NCBI GenBank assembly: GCA_965224245.1
Contig: OZ245046.1
Location: 4,096,001 to 4,160,000 of the forward strand
Length of the DNA stretch: 64,000 nucleotides
Source: Candidatus Eiseniibacteriota bacterium
Lineage (GTDB): Bacteria; Eisenbacteria; RBG-16-71-46; CAZAMP01
Reading direction: 5' to 3'
Shown: one piece after another, positions 32,312 to 42,524 of the stretch
Layout: the number at the start of each line of letters is the position of its first letter
How positions within the stretch are numbered: position 1 is the first letter of the stretch
Made by a program: the position numbers and the translations under genes
The notes under the pieces: generated by a model
The model's database searches: none
The model's input: the letters and a program-made list of their open reading frames with translations, nothing else
What the model was told of the DNA's origin: nothing

Positions 32312-32737
32312 TCAGTTGCCCTGGGGAAGCTGCTGGATCACCGCTGCCAGATCGATCCAGACCTGTTCCTTCTGTATCTGACCGGCGTCCGTGAACTCCA
32401 TGACGTGCAGGAGTCGAAACCTCAGCGGTCGCCCCCTACCCTCGAGCCCGAATGGGCGGCCGGGGGCCTTGCCTTCCCAGACCGACTCGTCCACCAGGAA
32501 CCCATGGCCATACAGTCGCCGCGTCGGTGTCACCCTGCTCTCGGACAGGTCCGCGAACATCGTCCGGTAGAAGGCGCGTGCGGCTTCACGACCGTGACTC
32601 GGGCCACTCGGCCAGCCGACCACGTCATGAGTGGCGTCTTCCGCGAGCGTGGCCAGGACACCTTCTACGTCGTCGTTGCCCTCGTAGGCGAAGTGCTCGT
32701 CGATCTTCCGGTCCATTTCCTCGGGCTTCAGGGACAT
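32312..32737 (-). CDS. SnoaL/NTF2-like family protein
   Basis: HFAYE..DVEGVLATL..GREAARAFY..RLLHVMEF..EQVWID. Confidence 0.85.
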   Translation of the reverse strand: MSLKPEEMDRKIDEHFAYEGNDDVEGVLATLAEDATHDVVGWPSGPSHGREAARAFYRTMFADLSESRVTPTRRLYGHGFLVDESVWEGKAPGRPFGLEGRGRPLRFRLLHVMEFTDAGQIQKEQVWIDLAAVIQQLPQGN

Positions 32738-32752
32738 GATTCCCTCCGGTTT

Positions 32753-32793
32753 TGAGATGTGGATATTGTAATGATATTATTATCTCATGTCAA
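32753..32793 (-). promoter_or_regulatory. Near-consensus sigma70 promoter overlapped by a TGAGAT-N23-ATCTCA inverted repeat (likely TetR operator)
   Basis: Minus strand TTGACA (32793-32788), 17-nt spacer, TACAAT (32770-32765); inverted repeat arms at 32753-32758 and 32782-32787. Confidence 0.8.
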
Positions 32794-33064
32794 GACACTC
32801 ATCCAGGAACTCCCAGGTGGCTTTGTAATCTCATTGATGGCTTCGGATTGTGAGGTTCGGGGACGTTTCGGGCGTAGAATGGAAGTGGCTACGGCGCCGG
32901 GAGGCTGGTACGCCGGCGACGCAACGTCAGCCAGGGCGACATCCAATTGGTTCGCGGAATGGACACGCGGTCGGAGACGCTCGCCCGAACGTGCGACGTC
33001 GGTGAAGACGCCGCACGAGTCGAGGGCGGACGGCCTCGAGATCGATCCCGGAGGGAGCCGCTCG

Positions 33065-33625
33065 ATGGACCGCGAGGCGTTCACTCGGGAGCTGGTCCGC
33101 TCTCGACACGATCCTGGGAACCTCGCCCGGCTGTTCGATCTCGTCTACGACGAGCTGATCGGGATCTCGCGGCGCCAGCTGAGGTCCGTGGGTGCCCTGC
33201 ACACCCTCAATACCACCGAGCTCATCAACGAGGCGTTCGTCCGCATGGTGGACGGCGATTCCGCGTCGATGGAGGACCGCGCGCATTTCTGTGCCTACGC
33301 GGCGCGCGCGATGCGGGCCATCCTCGTGGATCGGGCCCGCCGTCGCATGGCACGCAAGCGCGGTGGTGGCGTGATCCCCGACACGTTTCGAGACGACCTG
33401 AGCGGTCGGGCGCCGGACGATCCGGCCATGCTGATCGACGTCCATGACGCTCTGTCGGGTCTCGAGGCGGTCAACGAACGACTGGCGCGGGTCGTGGAGT
33501 GCCGCTTCTTCGGCGGAATGACCATCGACGAGACCGCTTCCGCACTCGGAATGACCGATCGCACGGTACGCCGCGACTGGCTGAAGGCCAAGGCCTGGCT
33601 CAACGACGAGCTACATGATGCGTAG
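33065..33625 (+). CDS. ECF sigma factor (kinase-associated, ECF43/TIGR02999-like)
   Basis: [43 protein letters not shown] and [11 protein letters not shown] motifs. Confidence 0.92.
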   Translation: MDREAFTRELVRSRHDPGNLARLFDLVYDELIGISRRQLRSVGALHTLNTTELINEAFVRMVDGDSASMEDRAHFCAYAARAMRAILVDRARRRMARKRGGGVIPDTFRDDLSGRAPDDPAMLIDVHDALSGLEAVNERLARVVECRFFGGMTIDETASALGMTDRTVRRDWLKAKAWLNDELHDA

Positions 33626-33636
33626 GCCGTGACGCG

Positions 33637-36543
33637 ATGACGAGGTTTCCCGCCGACGATTCTCCGGAGCTGGACGCGATCCTCGACCGGCTCCTCGACC
33701 TTCCTCTCGACGAGCGAGAGGCGTACCTCGACGAGGTATGCCAGGACCGGCCCGAGCTGCGGGCACAGGTCGAGCGAATCCTCGCCGCGGAGAGTCGCGA
33801 GGACATCATCGATCGACCGGTCGCGGGATTCGCCCGGGCGCTCCTGGAGGAGGGCGATCGCTCCGACGAGCCCGATCGGGATGTGGGTCGTCACATCGGC
33901 CGCTACCGACTGGTACGGGAGATCGGTCGTGGAGGTTCGGCCGTCGTCTATCTCGCCGAGCGTATCGACGGGAGCTTTCGACATCGGGTGGCGATCAAGC
34001 GCCTTCTCTCTCCGTCCGGTTTCTCGAACATGCGCGAGCGCTTCCTCGTCGAGCGCCGCATCCTGGCCACCCTCGAGCATCCGAACGTCGCGCGGCTCTA
34101 TGATGCAGGCGTGACGGACGACGGCGAGCCGTACGTCATCATGGAGTACGTCGAAGGTCTCTCGATCACCGCGTACGCCGACGAACGAGAGCTGAGCATC
34201 GACGAGCGACTGATGCTCTTCGAACAGGTGTGCGACGCGGTCGAGTACGCCCACCAGAACCTCGTGGTGCATCGCGATCTCAAGCCGAGCAACATCCTGG
34301 TCAGCTCCGACGGGGACGTGAAGCTGCTGGACTTCGGCATCGCCAAGCTCCTCTCGGTCGAGGACCCCGACGCGGCGCCTCTGACCGCGCCCGGACTGGC
34401 GGTGCTCACGCCCGAGTACGCGAGCCCGGAGCAGATCGCCGGGAAGCCGATATCCACGACGAGCGATGTCTACGCGCTCGGCGTCATCCTGTTCGAGCTA
34501 CTGGCCGGTGGGCGCCCGTACGAGTTCGAGACCCGCTCGCCGGCGGAGCTCTCACGAGTCGTGCTCGAGCAGCAGCCGTCCCGTCCGAGCACCCACGTTC
34601 AGCGCCGCCCCGCTGCCGACGCGGTCGCCGGGAAGCGCCGAACGACCGTGACGCGCCTTCGGCGCCGACTGCACGGCGACCTGGACACCATCGTTCTCAT
34701 GGCGCTCCGCAAGGAGCCGGCACGGCGCTACGCGTCGGCGGCACGCCTGCGAGACGATCTCAGGCGCCACCGTGAGGGCCTGCCGGTCATGGCGCGCCCG
34801 AGCACCCTCGGCTACCGGGCGGGGAAGCTCATCCTGCGACATCGCGTCGCCGGCGCGCTCGTCCTGCTGGTCTCGCTCTCACTCATCGGTGGACTCGTGG
34901 GAACCACGTGGCAGTCCCGTCAGGCCGCGCGCGAGGCGGAGACGGCCGAACGTGTCACGGAGTTCCTCATCGAGCTGTTCCGGGCCTCCGATCCCGACGC
35001 GACTCCGGGCCGGGATCTCCGGGCGCGCGACCTGCTCGACCGGGGCGCCGCACGACTGTCGGCCGGCGAGCTCACACAGGAGCCCGAGACGCAGGCGAGG
35101 CTGGCCTCGGTGATCGGAAGGCTGTACGTCGAGCTCGGCCTCTATGACGATGCGCGGCGTCTCTTCGAGGAGGCGCTGGCGATCGAAGCAGGCATTCACG
35201 GCGAGGCGCACACCCACGTCATGACGGCGATGACCGACCTCGTCGACGCCCGATACAGCCTGGGCGACTTCGAGGCGGCGGAGGAGCTGGGCCGGCGCGT
35301 GCTCGATCTACGGCGTCGGTCATCATCGGATGACGGCCCCAGCGTGGCGACCAGCCTGACGAATCTCGCGTCGACCATCGCGGCACAGGGCCGGTACGAC
35401 GAGGCCGAGCCCCTCTATCGCGAGGCGCTCGCGCTCGAGCGAGCAACCGGAAACACGCTCGCGGTTGCGCAGAGCCTGAACAACCTCGGTGTCTTCCTCT
35501 CCAACGCCGGCCGGTACGACGAGTCGCGCGTGGCGCACGAGGAGGCGCTCGGCATCCGCGTCGCCGAGCACGGGGAGACGCATACCGACGTCGCGACCAG
35601 CCAGGCGAATCTCGCGGTGGCGCTCCACCAGCTCGGCGAGCTCGCCCGGGCCGAGGAGCTGCTTCGCTCCGTCATCGACCTGCGAACCGAGCTGCTGGGA
35701 CCGAACCACCCGCACACCGCGCTGGCGCTGAACAACCTGGGAGACCTCCTGGGGGAGCGAGGAGAGCTGGAAGAGGCCCGGGCGGCGCACCTGGAGGCGC
35801 TCGCGATCCGAAAGGCCACGTTCGGCGACGACCACGCGGAGACCGGGAGCAGCCTGAACAACCTGGGCGTGACCTCGTACCGGATGGCGGACTATGCCGG
35901 AGCGGCGAGCTACTTTCGTGAGGCCCTCCGCGCGTTCCGGAGCCATCATGGCGAGGATCATCCGCTCGTCCTGACCGCCATCAACAACCTGGCGTCCACG
36001 TTGCGCGAGCAGGGCGAGCTGGACGAGGCGGAGCGCTACTTCCGCTTGAACCTGGAGAAGCGTCGGGAGCTGCTGGGAGAGGAGCACCCGCACACCAACC
36101 AGGCGCTCTCCAATCTCGGCTGGCTGTTGCTGCGCCGTGACGCCCATGAGGAAGCGAGGCAGTGCTTCGTTGCGGCGGTGGCGCGTGACCTCGAGATGTA
36201 CGCGGAGGATCACACCGTGACCGCGTCGGACAACCTCGGACTCGGACGCGCCGAGCTGGGTCTCGGACTCGCGATCGAGGCCGAAGCACCGATCCGCGAA
36301 GCGGTTCGGATCCGACTGGCGAAGCTCGGCGAGGATCACCTGCGAACCGTCGAGGCGCGTGTCTGGCTGGCCGTGAGCCTGTCCCTGCAGGGCAGGCATC
36401 GCGAGGCACTCCCGCTCGTCGAGGAGAACCTCCCCGTGCTGGAACAGAGCTACGCTCCCGACCACCCGGCGCTGCTCCGGGGCCGAGCCGCACTCGAGCG
36501 GAGTCGCGGGGCAGGATCCCGCACCTCCCACTCCGACCCGTAA
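33637..36543 (+). CDS. Ser/Thr kinase with TM and extracytoplasmic TPR repeats
   Basis: [32 protein letters not shown], multiple HP.TA.SLNNLG TPRs. Confidence 0.94.
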   Translation: MTRFPADDSPELDAILDRLLDLPLDEREAYLDEVCQDRPELRAQVERILAAESREDIIDRPVAGFARALLEEGDRSDEPDRDVGRHIGRYRLVREIGRGGSAVVYLAERIDGSFRHRVAIKRLLSPSGFSNMRERFLVERRILATLEHPNVARLYDAGVTDDGEPYVIMEYVEGLSITAYADERELSIDERLMLFEQVCDAVEYAHQNLVVHRDLKPSNILVSSDGDVKLLDFGIAKLLSVEDPDAAPLTAPGLAVLTPEYASPEQIAGKPISTTSDVYALGVILFELLAGGRPYEFETRSPAELSRVVLEQQPSRPSTHVQRRPAADAVAGKRRTTVTRLRRRLHGDLDTIVLMALRKEPARRYASAARLRDDLRRHREGLPVMARPSTLGYRAGKLILRHRVAGALVLLVSLSLIGGLVGTTWQSRQAAREAETAERVTEFLIELFRASDPDATPGRDLRARDLLDRGAARLSAGELTQEPETQARLASVIGRLYVELGLYDDARRLFEEALAIEAGIHGEAHTHVMTAMTDLVDARYSLGDFEAAEELGRRVLDLRRRSSSDDGPSVATSLTNLASTIAAQGRYDEAEPLYREALALERATGNTLAVAQSLNNLGVFLSNAGRYDESRVAHEEALGIRVAEHGETHTDVATSQANLAVALHQLGELARAEELLRSVIDLRTELLGPNHPHTALALNNLGDLLGERGELEEARAAHLEALAIRKATFGDDHAETGSSLNNLGVTSYRMADYAGAASYFREALRAFRSHHGEDHPLVLTAINNLASTLREQGELDEAERYFRLNLEKRRELLGEEHPHTNQALSNLGWLLLRRDAHEEARQCFVAAVARDLEMYAEDHTVTASDNLGLGRAELGLGLAIEAEAPIREAVRIRLAKLGEDHLRTVEARVWLAVSLSLQGRHREALPLVEENLPVLEQSYAPDHPALLRGRAALERSRGAGSRTSHSDP

Positions 36544-36707
36544 CTCACGACCATGCAGTCGGTTACTCCCGGCCTGCCGTACCTGCTACGCCGGACGACA
36601 CGCGAGCCACGTACTCGTCACCCCGGGAATGTCCGCCTTTCGGCGAGAAATACGTGCCAGGACCGACGGGACTCGCCGGCTGCACCTATCGGCAAGAAGG
36701 AGGAAAC

Positions 36708-37580
36708 ATGAGCCGACTCTCAACGAGCCCGCGCTGGTTCGCGGCGCTCCTCTGCGCGAGCGCGGTCATCGCCGCCGACGTCGAGGCACGGGACGCCGCC
36801 TGTCGCGTCGTCACGCGCTGGGACGACAGCTGCAGCGGAGGCCCCCGGGGATGGTGGGACGACATGGTGCGCGCGTGGTACGACGCGATATCGGATTCGA
36901 GTCCGATCTGGGGCCACGGTGCGAACGCCTACGGGCGTCACGGACTTCAGCACAACGGCAACATCATCGACGGCGACGTCACGGACATCAGCCTTCGCCC
37001 GTTCGGACTCGATCACCTGCCGGGTCATCCCGACGCCGTCGATGCCTTCATGTTCGCCCTGCACGGCGTCGATGCCCCGGTCACCGAGCGCTGGTGCGGG
37101 GTCGTGCGCGTCGATGAGCCCGGCTGGGGCAACTGCCTCACCTACCAGGGTCACATGCGCTGGGGGGATGGCGACCTCGAGTTCATGCATCTCTCGTCGT
37201 GCTTCAGCATGGATCGAGAGGACTGGTGGCCGAGCTGGAGCGAGTCGTTCGATGGGCTGCATCAGGTGGATGGGTTTCACGGGATCATGTGGATCGGATC
37301 GGGCCGCGTGAGTGACTACTCCGACTTCGCGCACGATGCGTTCTGGGGTGGGATCTCCAGCGCCTGGATCGACAACATGTACGACACGGACGTCAACGAC
37401 TTCTGGGACCAGTGCCCGGTCACTCGCGCCGTGGGCGTCACGTCCGGCGACGCATCGCTCAGGATGAGCTACGAGCGGTACGCGAACGTCTTCCCCGACC
37501 CCCCGGGTCTCGGAGCGTCACGCAGTCATCGCGTCCGATACGTCAAGGGCTGTGATCCGCTCGGAAAGGAGGCGCTGTGA
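36708..37580 (+). CDS. Secreted DUF6345-like protein (no CTD)
   Basis: AGGAGG RBS, signal peptide, DAVDAFMFALHG, WGDGDLEFMHLSSC and FDGLHQVDGFHG motifs. Confidence 0.7.
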   Translation: MSRLSTSPRWFAALLCASAVIAADVEARDAACRVVTRWDDSCSGGPRGWWDDMVRAWYDAISDSSPIWGHGANAYGRHGLQHNGNIIDGDVTDISLRPFGLDHLPGHPDAVDAFMFALHGVDAPVTERWCGVVRVDEPGWGNCLTYQGHMRWGDGDLEFMHLSSCFSMDREDWWPSWSESFDGLHQVDGFHGIMWIGSGRVSDYSDFAHDAFWGGISSAWIDNMYDTDVNDFWDQCPVTRAVGVTSGDASLRMSYERYANVFPDPPGLGASRSHRVRYVKGCDPLGKEAL

Positions 37581-39022
37581 GACGCGCCGTCAACATCGGC
37601 CTCGCCGTCGCGGCGCTGGGGACGCTCCCGGTGGCCTCGCCCGCGCAGACCTTTCCGGTGTGCGACGCAGGCGGACCTTACTACGCCAGCCCTGGAGAGG
37701 AGATCGCCTTCGACGGTACGGCGTCGTACGATCCCGACGGGGTGATCATCGAGTACCTGTGGTTCTTCGGCGACGGGGGCAGCGCGACCGGTGGCCGGCC
37801 CGAGCACACCTACGACGCGGGCGGTGTCTACATCGTGACGCTCGAGGTCACCGACGACCGGGGCAACGTCTCGACCTGTAACACCATCGCCGACGTCGAG
37901 CTCGACGTTCCTCCCCTCCCGCGACCGATGACGCTCGGAGACTACGTCGTTCAGGCCGACGACGTGCTCCCGGCGATCGACGAGGCCATTCTCGACGCTC
38001 CGACCGGACCCGACTGGTTTCTGACGATGACGATCGACCAGGTGTCGGGGGCGATGGCCGACGGGGCTCCGGGCACGATTCTCGTCGATGGTGACGTGTG
38101 GATCGGCTACGACGACCCCGACAGCACGAGTGCGCGCTACGTAAAGCTCGATTTCGGTCGCGATTACCTGCGGTACATCAATCAGGACCGTGCGTTCGAC
38201 ATCCTGTCGTCCCCGCACTCGGCGATCGGCGACGAGCTTGCGTTCGGCGTGTTCTCGAGCGCAGCGGATGCGCTCGGAATCCCGGTCGCGGAGCGAGGCG
38301 TGCCCATCATCGACACCATCGTGAGCCTGGGTTACGACGAAGGCGTCGGCGAGAGCACCGAGATCGAGGTCGAGCGTCTCGTCACCCTTCCCCGGCAGTT
38401 CAACGGCTTTCCCGTGTTCGGGTCCCGGGCTCGGATGGCGGTATCGAATCGCGGGAGGGCGGCACGGGCGCTCGTCGAGTGGCCCCGGTTCGTCATGCCG
38501 TCCGGGCTCGAGCTGCTGCCGCGCGAGGACGTCGTGCAGAAGGTCGCCGAGCTCGTCTGGGAATCGGAGGAAGGGGTGGCGGTGCAGCTGGACATCCGTC
38601 TCGGCTATGCGCTGACGCCGAGCGGCTACCTGCCGGTCGCCCGCACGAGCTTCTCCGACGCGGGTGGCGTGATGGAGTCGGGCGTGATCGCGATGGTGCC
38701 GCTCGTGGACACGGTTCTCGATGCGCCCGTGATCGATGCCTCTGCGTCGCGGCTGGCCCTGCGGGTGCTCGCGGGCGTATCGAACGACGGTGATCTCGTG
38801 CAGTTCGAGCTACCCACCGCCCAGCGAGCCCGGGTCGCGGTCTACGATGCCGGCGGTCGGCTCGTTCGCACGCTCGCCGATGGTCGTCGCGACGCCGGTC
38901 GCCACGACCTGCGCTGGGACGGACGGGGCCACGACGGAAGGCGAGTGGCATCCGGCGTGTACTTCGTGACTCTCGATGCCGAGAGCGGGACTCTCGCTCG
39001 CAAGCTGGTCCGGCTTCACTGA
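37577..39022 (+). CDS. Secreted PKD-domain protein with Ig CTD
   Basis: AGGPY..FDGTASYDPDG..YLWFFGDG..HTY PKD domain; CTD WDGRGHDGRRVASGVYFV. Confidence 0.88.
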   Translation: MRRAVNIGLAVAALGTLPVASPAQTFPVCDAGGPYYASPGEEIAFDGTASYDPDGVIIEYLWFFGDGGSATGGRPEHTYDAGGVYIVTLEVTDDRGNVSTCNTIADVELDVPPLPRPMTLGDYVVQADDVLPAIDEAILDAPTGPDWFLTMTIDQVSGAMADGAPGTILVDGDVWIGYDDPDSTSARYVKLDFGRDYLRYINQDRAFDILSSPHSAIGDELAFGVFSSAADALGIPVAERGVPIIDTIVSLGYDEGVGESTEIEVERLVTLPRQFNGFPVFGSRARMAVSNRGRAARALVEWPRFVMPSGLELLPREDVVQKVAELVWESEEGVAVQLDIRLGYALTPSGYLPVARTSFSDAGGVMESGVIAMVPLVDTVLDAPVIDASASRLALRVLAGVSNDGDLVQFELPTAQRARVAVYDAGGRLVRTLADGRRDAGRHDLRWDGRGHDGRRVASGVYFVTLDAESGTLARKLVRLH

Positions 39023-39459
39023 GTCGGTGCGAATACTCCTGACGGGGTGTGATCGCGTGTGATCCACCCCGTCGACAGACGCGAGGGCCGCCGGCCACTC
39101 CAGGCCCTTGCGGTCCAATGCGACGATCCCTCGTGTACTTCCGCGAGCACGTGGACATGTAACGAGTTAGCTCGCTGATTGCAGTCCACGAGGGCCTCGT
39201 GCCCCGCCGCGGTGCCCGAGCCACGCGCCTCGAACTCGACGGGCCACACGCCCGGCACCCGTACCCTCGCAAAAAAGCCGCAGCGCCCTGTCGGACTCGT
39301 CCTCGAAACGTCGCCCCTGGGACTGAGGAGGTGATTGCGCCGGACCCCGCCCGGGTCTCCGACGCGATGCGCCGATCCCGCCCGCCGATCCGCCCGCATG
39401 TTCGACCGCCTGGACGAGTCCTGCCCGATCGTCCGGAACATCGACCCAGGAGGTCTGTC

Positions 39460-41538
39460 ATGCCGTCTCGAGGTTCATTCGATCTTACGGCTGCCGTCTC
39501 GGCCGCGACGCGGGCCGACCTCGGATCGCTCGCCGTCGCCACCATACTGCTCACCCTCACGCCCGTCCCCGCTCCTGCGATCGACTTCTCGGGGGGCTGC
39601 GGCGCATCGGGAGTTCCGACCACCGGGTGGAACGGTCACACGGACGCCAAGCACCGTGTCGTCACGATGCCGTGTGGCGGCACGTTCGAGGAGTTCACCG
39701 CCACGTTCAACGGCACGATCACCGCCGAGGACGACGCCGCCGACGGCATCGTGGTGAGGATCGTCGACGACGACTCGCCTGCCGCCAACGACGTGCTCTT
39801 GGAGTACGAGTTCGAGAGCACCAAGCTGGACGAGCTCGCCGTCGGCACCGAGATCCATGGAATCGTCACCTTCTTCCTGTACTGCAACTCGCTCTGCGAA
39901 GTGGTGGGCAGCACGATCGAGAAGGTCGAGATCTGGGACCGGGGTGACCCCGCGAAGATCATCGACACGGTCAGCTTCGCCGACGCGACCAGCCGCTCGT
40001 CCGGCTCCAGTGGCGAGTCCGAGGCGGAGATCGCGCTCGAAGACGACGACGGTGAGGATTACCACCGGCTCTGCAACAAGCTCGACGTGACGTGCACCGA
40101 GTCGGACGACGCGTGCAGCTGGCAAGGCTCCCCCCGACTCGAGCCTGGCGAGCGGGCGCTCCTCAGCCTCGACTCGCCCGTGCCGGCGTTCTCCGACGAG
40201 ACCACGATGACGTTCGGTCTCGACGGCGCGATCGAGGTGATCGACGAGGTCATCGAGTCACCGGAGCGTCTGTGGACGGAGATCGCCGTGCCCGTGGATC
40301 AGATTCCCGGTGAGCTGACCGTGTATGCGACGAACGTGGAAGGTGTGAGCAGCTACGCGCCGCTCTTCGTCGACCCGAGCTCGTGGGCGACCAATCGCGC
40401 CGGCTGGCTGCGACTCAGCATGACCGACCGTGGTGCCGTCGGTCATGTCGACGAACGATCGGGGCTGGGACGCGGGCTCGGCTATCCCCTCGAATCGGCC
40501 CACCATCTGCGGATGGGATCCCTCTGGGTGGGATCGTCGCCCGGCCTCGTGGCCAACCGCGACTACGACGCGGACCCCGCCCCCGACTGGGTACCGTCGG
40601 CCGACGTGCCGCTGCAGCTCGAGTCCGTCGACGGCGTCGAGACGATCCGCGGCGCCTTCATCGACCAGGGCGGCCTGATGCCTCACGGCCTGAACGTCGA
40701 CTTCGAAGCCCGGTTCGTCGACACGCCCGAGCTCGACGACACCGCCCTCCTGCGCTACTGGATCGAGAACCGTGGCCCCGACGTGTCGGGCGTGTACGCC
40801 GGCCTGTACCTCGATCTCGACATCGAGGGCGATCCCGAGGACGACCTGGGCGAGGCCGATCGGGCGATCGGCACCGCGTGGCTGTCGGATCCCGAAGGCG
40901 TTCACGTGGGCGCCCGTGTGCTGACCTGCTCGCCGGACGACGGCCGCTGCTGGCCGACGGCCGGGATCGGAGTCCAGGACGTCGCCTTCCTCGAGGATCT
41001 CGGCCACGTGCCCGACGAGACGAAGTACGCATGGATGAGCGGCGAGGGGACGCTTCGCGAGCTGTCGCGTGAGTCGCGCCGGATCGGCGATCGCGCCATT
41101 CTGGTCGCCGCGGGACCGATCGATCTCGCTGCCGGCGAACGACGGGAGATCGCGTTCGCGATCGGCGCCGGGGAGAGCCTCGCGGACCTTCTGGCGAACC
41201 TCGAGGCAGCGAGAGCCGACTACGAGCAGACCGCCTTGCACGCCCCCGAGGGACTCGAGCTCGTGCCGCCACGACTCAGCCTCGCTCCGAACCCGACGAG
41301 ACGCGCGGTCAACATCCGGCTGGATCTCCCTCGCGGCGGACTCGCTCGGGTGGGCGTCTTCGATGCTCGGGGCCGACGGGTGCGAGCCCTCGCCGCCGGA
41401 CGACGAACCGACGGAACGTCATCTCTCACGTGGGACGGTCGTGACGACGCGGGGCGGCGAGTTGCCCCGGGCGTATACGTCATCCGCGTTCGCACCGACG
41501 AGACCGAGTCGGCGAGGAGCGTGACGATGATCCGCTGA
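39460..41538 (+). CDS. Secreted protein with Ig CTD
   Basis: AGGAGG RBS, signal peptide, YAGLYLDLDI and GPIDLAAGE motifs, CTD APNP..WDGRDDAGRRVAPGVY. Confidence 0.82.
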   Translation: MPSRGSFDLTAAVSAATRADLGSLAVATILLTLTPVPAPAIDFSGGCGASGVPTTGWNGHTDAKHRVVTMPCGGTFEEFTATFNGTITAEDDAADGIVVRIVDDDSPAANDVLLEYEFESTKLDELAVGTEIHGIVTFFLYCNSLCEVVGSTIEKVEIWDRGDPAKIIDTVSFADATSRSSGSSGESEAEIALEDDDGEDYHRLCNKLDVTCTESDDACSWQGSPRLEPGERALLSLDSPVPAFSDETTMTFGLDGAIEVIDEVIESPERLWTEIAVPVDQIPGELTVYATNVEGVSSYAPLFVDPSSWATNRAGWLRLSMTDRGAVGHVDERSGLGRGLGYPLESAHHLRMGSLWVGSSPGLVANRDYDADPAPDWVPSADVPLQLESVDGVETIRGAFIDQGGLMPHGLNVDFEARFVDTPELDDTALLRYWIENRGPDVSGVYAGLYLDLDIEGDPEDDLGEADRAIGTAWLSDPEGVHVGARVLTCSPDDGRCWPTAGIGVQDVAFLEDLGHVPDETKYAWMSGEGTLRELSRESRRIGDRAILVAAGPIDLAAGERREIAFAIGAGESLADLLANLEAARADYEQTALHAPEGLELVPPRLSLAPNPTRRAVNIRLDLPRGGLARVGVFDARGRRVRALAAGRRTDGTSSLTWDGRDDAGRRVAPGVYVIRVRTDETESARSVTMIR

Positions 41539-41716
41539 CGTGGAATGACACCCTGGAGAGGCGACCGCTCGTCGAACCGGCGCGCGGTCACCTCTCCGAC
41601 TGACACGGCCTGCGAAAGTCGAGGATCTGGTCCCCTTCCGACACGCGCCACACGGCTCGAATCGGAAGAGAGCGGACTCCCGTCGCCGGGATCCAGAACG
41701 AGGCATCCGCTCAGGT

Positions 41717-42442
41717 TCAGCGATACAACGCCTTGATCCGTGCCCACGAGGCTCGACTCGTCGGGACGGAATCGGCTTCCTGGCGGAAGATCACATAGTC
41801 CCAGTCGACGTTCGCATCCTCCTGCGCGCCCCACGCGCCGTCGCCGAAGCTCCATTGATTCTCGGGTATCGCGTACGCACTGCCCGTGAAGAGGAGGACG
41901 TCATCTCGATAGAAGAGAATCGCATTGCTGTTCGCAGGTGAGGTGATCCGAAACACATGGAAGTCACCTCCTTCATCTATGTCGAAGTCGACCTGCGTCT
42001 CAGCCGCTCCCTCTTCGACCACGATGGCCCCGGATGCGTTCAGGAAGAACGAGTACTGGTGCGAACCGTCCGTGAGGGCCGGGCCCGTCGACCGGCCAAC
42101 ACTGATGGAGTTCACGCGGATCCGGGCCTCGATCTCGATCGGTAGCGTGGGCACGAACCCTGGCGACGAGGCCGACTGATAGTACGCGCGCCCGACCCTG
42201 CCCATCGTCGTCTGGATCAGGTGGCCTCCTGATACGGCAAAGGCATCCTCTTCGGCGATGAACTCACCGGAAGTCACGTACTCGGTATCGGGATCGTCCG
42301 AGGGGAGCACGCCGTCGACATCGAAGAAGAACTCTCTGACGTAGCCCGTGGCGGCGACTGCCGGGGCGGCGAGCGACGCCCAGGCGGACGCGACCATCGC
42401 CCCCATGATGAAGACGGAAGTGGACTGTCGTGACGGTCTCAT
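41717..42442 (-). CDS. Secreted beta-sandwich (lectin-like) protein with short C-terminal SWARIKALYR tail
   Basis: GGAGG RBS, signal peptide, DFHVFRI and WDYV motifs; ends VPTSRASWARIKALYR*. Confidence 0.8.
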   Translation of the reverse strand: MRPSRQSTSVFIMGAMVASAWASLAAPAVAATGYVREFFFDVDGVLPSDDPDTEYVTSGEFIAEEDAFAVSGGHLIQTTMGRVGRAYYQSASSPGFVPTLPIEIEARIRVNSISVGRSTGPALTDGSHQYSFFLNASGAIVVEEGAAETQVDFDIDEGGDFHVFRITSPANSNAILFYRDDVLLFTGSAYAIPENQWSFGDGAWGAQEDANVDWDYVIFRQEADSVPTSRASWARIKALYR

Positions 42443-42524
42443 GAGCAACCTCCTCTGGGATCTCCGGTAACGGCCCTCTCTCGCGACGTTGATGGCATCG
42501 AGCCATCCAGCAATGACGGGCCTT

